DNA from: Trichoplax adhaerens
Taxonomy: Eukaryota > Animalia > Placozoa
Direction: 5' to 3'
Length of the DNA stretch: 64,000 nt
NCBI RefSeq assembly: GCF_000150275.1
Contig: NW_002060945.1
Coordinates: forward strand, 8,572,011-8,636,010
The notes beneath the pieces were generated by a model that was given only the letters and a program-made list of their open reading frames with translations, did not search any database and was not told the origin of the DNA. The translations under genes and the position numbers were made by a program. Of this stretch, positions 52,801 through 64,000 are shown piece after piece. Numbering within the stretch: the first letter of the stretch is position 1; each line of letters begins with the position of its first letter.

Positions 52801-55800
52801 ATCATAAATAATTTGATGATGATATGGAAAATGAGCAAGAAGAACTATATTCAATGTTAGATAGTAAAACAGACCTATAATTATTTAGGAATTAGGTCAT
52901 CATCTTTCATTGGTATTGGTTTCTAATAATTGTGATCATAATAGTAACCCAATATGAAGGCATCAATAAGTGTAAAATAATACAGTATACGTCAAAGACT
53001 AATCATTAGAGAAGAATGACAGTGGAATATTTATAGCTAATACAATGCGTTATTAATGATTGATTACATAACGTAAGAATAGTTACATTACTTTATGTTA
53101 TAATGCATTCAGGGTACTATAAAATAATATGTTCAACTTATAATCAAGAATAAAAACATTGCCTATCTGCAATACTGGTGAGCCAACCATCTCCATTAAT
53201 AAATCATTCCATCCCACGATTTAAATTTTGATACATGAATTCAATCAAAACAGTAACGGAATAATTACGACTATGACTATTCTCTCTCTTTATTTTCTTG
53301 ACTTCCTGCCTATTTACTTTCTGTAGGGAGTATTTTCTTTTCCATCAATAACTCTGAGATGCATGTAGTTCTCTTATAATACGACTACGACGTCATCGTG
53401 CTGGTAGTTTTAAACTTCCTGTTATTATTTCTGTTACAGATAGAAAAAGAGATGAGTAAATAATACAGACGTGTATCATTGTTATTTAAAAATTCTCTTT
53501 AGCGATAAATAACTCACCATATCGATGATAGAAAGTAGCATAGCATACCATGCTAGTGAACTTAGTTTGATGTTTGCCACTCATGAATATTATAATACTG
53601 ATAAATATGCGCGATCAATTATACCAACTTAAGTAATTTCCAATTATGATGCCAATAGCTACTTTGATAGGTTATTCTGCTCTAAAATCAATCGATATTG
53701 AATGTTATAGGAACATAGTATACACTGTATTTTAGCTATTAAAAATTTCTCACAAATAATAATTTAATCCAACATTCTTGTAATATCTATGTCAAACCCG
53801 CATGAATAGATAAGTCATAATCTAAGTTAAGTAATCTGAACAAAGTATTTGATCTTTTTGTTTACCATCACCGATATCTTCACAATTTTATTTAAGGACA
53901 CAGCGCTAATAAAAGCCCTACAGTCTGTGAGACAAAATTTCGAAATTAGTAACTATTGAACATCTTGTTTTATTATTGTTGTAATAATATAATAGCACGG
54001 ATCTCAAGCATAATACTTACATCTTATTAATTAATTAGTACTGTACTATCGTCAATATTATTGTAAAGTTACATTATACGCTTACATATTCCCGGTAATG
54101 GATATTTTATTTCTCATGGATATTCAGATATTTAATTTACAAGTTCAGTTATTCAAATCATTCATTATTGTGATTAATGTTTTAGCGGCCATCACTAGTG
54201 CTACCGTTGGTAAGGAAGGCTAGAAATTTAAACTAGCATTGTAGAAACTTGCTGGAGTATACGTATTACAGCATAAATATATGGATAAAATCGTCAATAG
54301 ATTGTTTGAAATTAATTGTAGTCTAAGGCTAAAAGACGATTTACTTCTTCCAATGGTGCCTATCCTTAATTAGATTAATCACTTGTTCATTTTTATTTTT
54401 ATTTTTTTCTACTTTGGAATCAAATTCGTTGTATATGATTTCTTTTGCACTTGATTTCGATTTATTTCTTTCAATAATACGATACAGTAAGATCATAATC
54501 TGCAACGCCTGACCTTATATTGGCTAATAAATTCCGTTAGTATCTAGCAAGACTGTAGAAACTTCTAATTTCCGCTCCAATTACCTCCATCATCATAGTG
54601 CTGCAGTATTAATTAAAATGCTTTCCAGTATATAAGTATAAACCCTAAATCCTATATGAAATGATCTTAATAAAGCTTTTAATCTTTTTTGTTGCTAGAT
54701 AACTTAATTTGTGACATAGAAAACATATTCTTAACATTTGGGAATTCATTGTCTAAATATAGTATGGTAAAATTTTTATTAAAAAACATCTATGTGTAGT
54801 ATTCATATTTGTTTTCCTAAATTAAAATAAATTGTACTACGATATTAAGCAAATCCTAAGATTCACAGCTGCAGTCTGAGGGTGGAGCATTAAGATTTTG
54901 TTAGTCTTTTTGTACATTCACTTAATTTATGTTTATTTACACAGCAGAATTATTATTATTACTCCTAACATTGGTAACCTCTATTTATAATGACAAGCAC
55001 ACCAAAAGATGAGCTAAGAGTAATGGCAGTGCGAATGCCAACAAGGCGGTTATAACAAGCAAGGAATATAAGAACTATCAAAAGTAATTAAGATAATATA
55101 TTATTGGAGCTTTACTATCTTAATCAGATATGCAATATTAATTTAAATATTATTGCAAGAAGTAATTAATTGCCCAATTTCATTACATAAAATTGCCAAG
55201 ATAACGAATCTAAATATAAAGAGTTATCAATAATTTTATTACTATTGAAGCACTAATCATTCTACTTTGGGGTAATATCGACACCTTGTAACTTATCAGG
55301 CATTTCAAAAGTAGATTGAAACAATTAGATACTAGAATTAAGTTAATAACATCAGGTGAGGATTTCTACTACGATAGCTACAGCCGTTATGCTCGTACTT
55401 GCTATAGCCTTCAATACATAGTGAGCGTATTCTGATATTTTATCTTGTTTTTGATCTTCACAATTTAAAAGTGCTATTTATGATTATGGTAGAAAAGTAA
55501 TTTACTAATAACAGAATAAATTTCACCCTTTCCTATCCTCACTAAAACGATAACTTATCGGTACTTTAACTTGCCAAAAAATATATCATATTTTTAATGT
55601 GATACTTTCTTAAATAATACTTTCTGCCTGGTAAGTATAATACACTTATTATTTGGGTATGGAAAAAAAGGTAAACAGAAATTTCTAGAAACTTTTAAAA
55701 GTACAATTTTATGATCTACCGCTGGCTTTTATTCGAATCGTGTTACTGCTGAAGTATTAGATATTATAACTTTTGAAAAATTAGAATAATTAGAATGGGC

Positions 55801-58722
55801 ATATCCGACAAACAACAATGTTCATTAAATTTTGAGAGTATTGACAGCTTGAGAAGATAATAATTTATATGCACGCTATATTTCAAGCAATCATGTTTTC
55901 CTAAATCATATTGTTAATATTATTCACCAATATAGTTATAGCTATTAATTTCTGATATATTTCGAGTCTGGATCAGGAATAATATACATGTAAATGATAG
56001 TTCAAAAAGGCTTTTACTAGGTCACATTGTTAATATCAATCAATATCTCAGCAATAACTCTTGAATTTTTAGACTATTTCGAATCTACGTGGACAATAAA
56101 AACTTATTTACATGTTTTATAACTCAAGGAATCATATTCCGCTACAGTAGCTCATGTTGTTAACAATAATCAAACAATAATAGTCACTTTGGTATTTATA
56201 ATGAAGATATATATCGAGATAGCTCCAATTATTAATTGTAAAAGAAACTAAGTAAACTATTTCGTTATCGTAAACATTAGTACAATCTTACCTCAATATT
56301 CTATTTCCATATTTTGATACATGTTTGTTGATTGCTATAAGACTTTAATGACACGTAATGCTTCTAATGAGATTCTCTTTTTATATTTTATGATATTTTA
56401 CAATTATATATAGCAGCTGGGAAATTATTACCCTAAAACTTATAATACTGATAATGCACTTCGAGGTTTACAACTAGGAGGAAACCATGATTCTAATATC
56501 AGACTCGCTCACTCCTTGACAATTGCCTACAGTATAAAGCCTAAAATATTAGTAATCTCATCATTGCCAACACATCACAGTAACCACAAATCTCCTGCAA
56601 ATTCAGCTACAAAACCCACAGCTTATATTATGCTACGATCCTATTCACAGCTGAGTTGCGTAGATATTCATTAAATTAATATAATATGGATAATATTACG
56701 TGAGTATACGATTATTTACTGTAACTACTTATGCTGATTCTATACGAAAACATAACAATGCGAAAAAATTGTCACTTTCTTCGTAATAATATTAAGGGTG
56801 TGTATTATTACACTATGTATGTTTCTAATGGAAGCTATTTATTTGCTCTACCTAAAACTACAAGGCAGCAACGGCAGTTTAGCCTATCTAGCATTTTGAT
56901 CTTTTGCTCTTATAATGCAAAATAAGGCAATAATAGTGCATAAATAATTATAATTAGAGATAAGTGTCGGTCAGCTTATTATCATTGGTACTGTGCTAAT
57001 ATAATAAATAAAGCTAACATCATAGCTACAATACTCGTGTTTTCTTATGACAGACAACAGGTTAACCGGTAGTATCCTTTAATTGAGTAATCTTAAGTCC
57101 TTTAGATGCATGCGATATTTTAGTATGGCCTATATACTTTCTAGAGATTTTAATTCAACCAAATCTATAAAAGAAAAATTATCAAACTATAGATATTCCA
57201 CAACATCGTTATCAATTTATTTATTGTTGTAGAATAATGCTACTACCATGAAGTAAAAGTATTAAAAGAAAAAATAACTAAGTCTAATTATTGTGGATTT
57301 AGCTAGATGTAGAAACTTCTTAATGCGATACAATACGTGACCTTGTGACGGTCTTTACATAATCCGGTTGACAAACCTGGTTCAATTATGAAAGAGTTCA
57401 TTCGCTGCTTAGAGTATTGTAATAGCCTCACAGCTACTACGTTAGGTACATAATTTAATAATCTTACTTTACCGCTTCATCATCCACGGCCCACTAACAT
57501 GCTTTATTCTATCGAACCATTACAAGAATAAATATAGTAGGCCTTACATTTCACGTAGAGAGCTTATTGATACTTTCAGATAATATCAAATCTTGATCGA
57601 TTTAGATGTCCGTTAATCAATGATTCACTACCTTATGGCAGATCGGCAAGCACCTTTGGCAAACTCAGATCAGTATACTCTACGTGTTGAATTAACACTC
57701 AATCTATGATAGATATTTTAATTTCTTGAATGCCTTAAACTGATATTATCTAGTAGTCAAATAATGAAATTATAATGGCTATTCTAAGAATTGGAGAAAG
57801 TGTCTAATTCTATTTCAATAACGTTTAGTATACAATCAGTATCATCGCCAAACCTTTTAATTTAAGAGTAAATAAGCATTGCTTATAAAAGCCGAGCATA
57901 CTGTAGTTAACAGGTTACCTGTTATTTTGTCTTCCTACCGATTTTCGATTAATAATATGTCACACCAAACAAATTTTATCATCGAGACCATTAACATACA
58001 CTTAATATATAAATTTAGATATCGTTGTAAGCTTTAATTGTCATCAAATAAATGATATGATAATATTTAACAATATTTCTACTGCGTAGAATATTGTTTC
58101 ATATGGTAAACAACTACGCAACTATTTATGCTAGCAGCAACTAAAAAAAATTATTGATTTAGTAATTATCAAAGCTAGCATCTTCAGTCTATATAAAAAT
58201 AACAGATTGTCTTACATCTAGTCTAAAACCATCTTATGAGAGAAACATGTGACGTTAACAATAGATGCTTTTCAGAATGACAGTCGATATCAGTACGATA
58301 CAGCAATTGATAACTCCAACATTTATCTATTTCACAACATGTTATCGGCAACTAACATTGTAGTTTAAATAAAAATTTCCGGTTTTAAGAAATTCTTACA
58401 TTTTTACTATTTCTGCTCTTGCTAAGTAATAAGTATTTGTACAATTAGTATTTTAAGTAGCTCTCAGTATACTATAATACAACAGTATTTTCTCTGTACG
58501 AGTACAATGCTTTAAAATTAAACTTTGCTTAAAACAATGTCAATATCGAAGTTGTAGATGTATGATCTATACAGTTTGAATTATTCCCCTTACAATTTAC
58601 ATCTATAAATATAAATATAGCATTAAATAATTGCTAAGTGTGACACTTGAGAGCCATTTCGCAATTTGATTCTATTTAATACCCTTAAAATAGGATTATC
58701 CTACGCGTTGGGTGATTTGTAA

Positions 58723-61700
58723 TCAACCTAGCCACGATTTCTGCAATCGAAATAATCGATAAAGCAGTTAACGATAACAGATGAAAAAAAGATAAACATC
58801 CACTTTATTTCACTATAAAAACCTAAATAGAGTGACAGATAGACTACTATTATTCTTAAATTAAATTAATTATGTTATCACTACAAAAAATATTTCAGTA
58901 AAAATTGTTATTTTGAAGAAATAAACGCACGCTATATATAGATATCAACAGCTTGATAATCTAGTGTAACTAGCTGTAGTTCCATATCAAAATAAATTAC
59001 TACTGCAGTACGTTGAACTCAAGCTAATAAGATCTTCAGATAATACTTACGTTTTTATCCCTTTCCTGTTCTTTGGCTAGAATCTTTTGTGATTGAATTG
59101 AGGTAAAACGAGCTAAAGCAACCAAGACCTTACTCATTTGCTATAGCAATGGGCGATAAAATATAAAACAGATGAAATTTTAGCTTGATAAAAGCAAATG
59201 CTTATAAATTATAACAAATCTACTTTCAAATATCAATGTAGACATCTCCTACGAATACAAAAGTTTACTTACCAATCTTTCACGGCCGACCATGTATTGA
59301 AATAAAGCATTTCTTAAATACTAATTTAAAATAAAAATAGCGTATTACATACGAGTATGCTTTAAGCATAGCAAAAGGCTATCAAAATGAGTTTTTAAGA
59401 GCATAACTAACTTCAAACTCCGCTGCGCTGGGTGGTGAATCCTTAGATGGTGACAGAGGTGCTCCATCTGAAGAAAATGACCGCTCTTCCATATTATCAT
59501 TATAATAGGCATTTTTACCATAGAAACTTTGTGGAGAATCACCGAAAAATCTTTGATTTACTTCACTAAAGCTAGAATTAACAGAGGCCTATCGTAAAAG
59601 ATTAAAAAATACTTATAATATCCGGTAAATTCTTAAAAAAAGCCCTTCATATACTGAAAATTAATTGAAAATCTGTTAATCTTATACGTTCTGCGCGAAT
59701 CCCTCTTCAGCGTTCACTCTCTGCTGTAACCGTAGCTATAAAATATACAATTTTGATAGGAATAAGAAAAAATACATTATTACTCTATCTTAATACTGTA
59801 TAAAATAGAGCAGTTGTATCCATATTCAAGATTGGAACATAAATTTGGGTCGATCTTCTAATTCATACTTCGAAATTTATAAATTTTTGTTTAATACCAT
59901 TACTGAGTAGTTAGTTTACACGATCAGCTCTACCTTCAAGTTTTCATTTTCTTCTTCAAGTTGTGCTAGCCTAGATTTGTCTTTTTTATTTAGTAATTCA
60001 TTTTCCTATGATAATTATGCATATACCATTATTATGATGTACGTATGAAATAGCATCTATACTTTTGATCCCGCTTGTATAGTTTTATGATTAGCTTTAC
60101 GGTATAACTAATCAAATAAAAGTAAGCTTTAACAATAACTAGCTTTTAATACATAGATTGACTATTTTAATACCAGATTCCAAAAATCATTGCCGTTGAC
60201 ATCTATCTGTAGCATTAGTTGTCATACATCTACCAATTGCAACTATTCGATGCCTTAAGAATAATTTACACCTCTTGTACAGCTAGGGTTTAGATTAGGA
60301 TTAGCTATACTATTAACTACCACTATCACAACTTTAGCCAGCTAGTCGTTCTAATACCAATATCGGTCCTAATAGATCAAACTGATACATTTTACCTAGC
60401 TAAATAATGTACGCACATTCTCATACTAATAGCTTAAAGGCGATAATGTACTATTCAACTCATTTTAACATATTTTAAGTACTAGTTAATATACTATCAG
60501 GATTGTTTTTGTGGCCGTATTTGGCTACCGTGAATATATTAATAAATCTGGTTAGTAACCAACTACAGTACCTGATTTAAATTTTCAACTGGATTATTAA
60601 GAATATCATTTTGTGCTTGCTGCAGCTGGTACTCCAACTCTTCAACGCGACTATTTAAATTAGCTATTTGATCCTCGTGTTCGCTTTTCCTGGTTTTTAA
60701 TACTATTCGATGATCATTGTTTTCCTTTATTAAGTCGTCTAGTTTTTCCTGCTGATCTGTTACATGTTTTTCTAATCGTGATATGTGCGTCTGATGTTGT
60801 TGAGTAATTTCATGACATCGTTTTTCATTTTCTGCGTTGGCTTTATCGATCGTATTGATTGTTTCAATTTCTTTTTGTTCTAATTTTCTATGAAATTCTT
60901 TCATAGCATGTTTCATATTAGCATCAAATTCGGCCTCTTTGGCTAGTAACTGTTCATCAATATCTTGCTTATATTTCTCATAATCTCGCTGGTATTTGAA
61001 CTCTCTCTCTTGCAAATCTTTTTCGTACTGCAGAGTCCTTTCATTTAATTGCTGCTGTAAATCGTCAAGTTTGCTAGCTTGTTCTTTAGTTGTTTGTTCT
61101 TTATCAGTTAATTCGTCTAACTGACGTTTAAAGACATCAACTTGAGCAGCATGAATTGCTTTCTTATTTTCTAACATTTTCTTATAGTTATCTAATTCTT
61201 CATCTTTACTTTCATTGGCTTTCATGCTATCTGCTAGCTTAATTTCATAATCTTTCGTTATTTTCTCGATTTGATCAAAATGATCTTGTTGTAATTGTAA
61301 GCGTTGACTCTTCAAGTTAGCAATTTCTTCACCTTTTAAAGCTAAAGCGGTATTGTGATCTTTTTTTGCATCACTTAACCTTAATATAATCGATTCATCA
61401 TAATGGATTTTTGCTTCTTTTACTTCTTGCTTTAACGAATCAATTTCTGATTCCAGTAATTTAATGTTATTTCGATATTCATCTATTTTCTTTTCTGCAT
61501 CAATTTCTTGCTGTTTTAATTCATTGCGATGCAATACTTCAGCATTCAATTGATTATCCTGATGTTGTTTAGTGATCGACTCTAACTCAATATCCTTACT
61601 TGTCAATTGCATTTTAAGTCGACTTAGTTCTAATTGAGCATCATCAAGCTTTATCTGATAATCATCAGTGATTTGTTTCTCAGTTTCTCGCTTTCCTGAT

Positions 61701-64000
61701 TCTAAAAGTTCTAATCGTTTAGAGATCATTTCACGATCACTACAAGCCTGTTCTAATTGTTCTTGCATCGAAATTAAATCACTTTCTGCTGCAGTTTTAT
61801 CTCGCTGTAATATTTCTATATTAGTAAGCATAGTAAGTCTCAATTTCTCAGCATCGCTGCTGCTTTCTTCTGCACGTCTAAGTTCTGATGCAATGTCCTC
61901 CTTCTCTTTCATGATGTCCTTAACTTTAATTTCTTTACTGTGACTATCCTCTGTTAATATAACAATTTTATTTTCTAATTCATTATTGACTTGCCGTAGC
62001 TTTTCAACCTCATCTTTGGCACTATCTAATTCTACCTCCAATTCTTTTACAGCCATTTCATTATCATGACCTTCAGCAGTATACTTATTTTTTGCATCAG
62101 CCAATTGCTGCTGAAGTTCCTCGTATTTTATATTGATTTCTCTTACCTTTTTGGATAACTGGTTATTATTTCCTCCTAGTTCATCAATAGTTTCCATGAG
62201 TTTAACTCTTTCGTTCTGTAATTGATTGATTTCTTCTCTAAATCTTTCGATTGTTGCTGTATGCTCATTCAATTTCAATTCATAACTATTTGTTGATTTT
62301 AGCTGCATATCTTTTAATTCATCCGCAGTACTTTTTTGTAAATTTTCTATATTTACTTGATGTTCTTGCTCTGTTTTACTTAATGTCTTCTTGAAATCAT
62401 CATTCATTTCTCTTATTTTACTTTGATAAGCACTTTTAAATTTCTTCTTTAACCCATCAACTTCATTTTCATGCTCTTTTATTTTATCCATGACGTATAA
62501 TTCACTTGCTTTTAACTTGCTTCTGGTTTCTTCCAATTCTTTCGTGATAGATAAAATAACTTTTTCTTTGCTAGTGATCTCTACAAAATCTTCTTCTATC
62601 GATTTTTGGAATATTTCGATTTTTTTCGCTTGATTTTCAACAGTACTTTCTAACTCCACTTTACTTGCTTCTAATAGTTCAATTTCTTTTCCATATTTAG
62701 CTTGAATTTCTGAATGTTTAGCTTCACTATCTATCAAGGCTTCCTGCATTTTTGAGGTGCTAATATGAACTTCACCCTTTAATACTTCAATTTCCTTTAT
62801 GAGAGATTGATTTTTCGATACTAATGTAGTAATCTCTTGATCTTTGGATTTCAATATTTCCTGGTTTTTGTCTAGATTAACTTTCATCATTTGCACGTGC
62901 CCTTCCAACTCACTTGCTGCTACAGTCGATGCCTTTTCAACTTCTGTTTTTTTTCTATATAGTTGCTGCAATTGATCATTTACATCTACAAGTCGTTTTT
63001 CATACGAATCGACTGCTTTTTGAATTTGATTCTTATAATCTGCATGTACTTCTTTTATGTGAATATTAAATTTAGTTTGTTGTTCATCCTGTTGGCTTGC
63101 ATAATTTTTATCTTTATCCAACATCGTTAAAGTTAATTGATCGTAGGCTTCTTGTAGCTCGCGGAGTTGATCATGACTGGACTGTATTTGAATATCATAT
63201 TGCGCTTTCAAGTCGTTAATGATTTTTTGATGCTCCTCTCTGACTTGATTTACTGTAACTCTTTGACTCTGTTTAATTTCATCAATTTCATCTTCATACC
63301 TCTTTTTTAGTGCTTTTATCTGCTCCTTTTCTGTATTGACAGCTTCTAAAGTTTTTTGATCGCAAGCCTCTTGAATCGATCTAATATTGTCACTATTGCT
63401 TTTTTTTGTATCCAATAGTTCCTCTTGCAAGGCAGTTACTACTCCATTTACGTTTCTTAATGACTTATTAACAACTTCTAACTGTGTTTTGTACTCTAAC
63501 TCCTGTTTCGCTATCTGCTCTTTGAATTCAGTTTCCTTTTCTTTCACTACGCGCTCATGAAATGATCCAAGCGCAACTAAATTCTCTAAACTATGCTGTC
63601 TTAATGATTGTATGACTTGGGCTATATTATTTAATTCTATATCCGTATCTACATTTATAGATATTGCATCAGCGTCTACTTTTATAACAGAACCATAATC
63701 TAATTTCAACTTGTGTAGAGTGGTCTTTGTATCTTGTAAATATACTTTAACAGTATCAGATATCGACTGAAAGAATTGCGCTGACTGTTTACTGTTATTT
63801 TCCAACTTATTAACTATAACTTGATTTTCTTTAACAGATTCTTGAAGGCAATTAATGTTTTGATTGTGCCGCTCTTCTGCTTCAGTTAGCTTCTTCTCAT
63901 AATCTAATTTAATTCGTTCAATTTTATCATCGAATTCAGACCTTAAGCTAACTTTATCATTTTCATGTTGTTGCATTAACTTTGATAATTCCTGATCATG
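58723..64000 (-). CDS. GOLGA4: GRIP-domain golgin (golgin-245/GOLGA4-like), 5'-partial; exons >64000-60572, 60005-59934, 59735-59688, 59588-59412, 59320-59273, 59140-59051, 58740-58723
   Basis: A >1140-codon E/K/Q/L-rich coiled-coil exon is open to the window edge. Six small phase-0 GT-AG exons give ...AEFE|YLRNALFQYMVGRERL|QMSKVLVALARFTSIQSQKILAKEQERDKN|KSWLG*. This matches the golgin-245 GRIP domain as recalled (FEYLRKVLFEYMMGRET...QKIL...SWL). Confidence 0.88.

Overview
AT-rich eukaryotic (metazoan) genomic DNA with canonical GT-AG introns. The compact gene style and gene content are compatible with a placozoan such as Trichoplax or Hoilungia, but this is an inference. All five genes that can be supported lie on the minus strand. 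(1) A 3-exon TMEM177-like gene that looks like a peptidase-M48 pseudo-enzyme (4001-5654). (2-4) A tandem cluster of three 4-exon paralogous receptor guanylate cyclases (8900-11573, 19058-24604, 37899-48827) with a bacterial-chemoreceptor-like layout: TM - NIT-like sensor - TM - coiled coil - class III cyclase, with no kinase-homology or H-NOX domain. (5) The 3' part of a GRIP-domain golgin of the golgin-245/GOLGA4 type (58723 to beyond 64000). After splicing in the small exons that the ORF track misses, none of the three cyclases has the intact catalytic N-x-x-x-R pair, and each shows a different pattern of the putative NIT ligand-binding arginines. This suggests a diversified, probably heteromeric, extracellular small-molecule/cGMP sensing system. 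Non-coding features include two tandem minisatellite arrays, an irregular degenerate repeat array, two long palindromes and a candidate intronic structured RNA.
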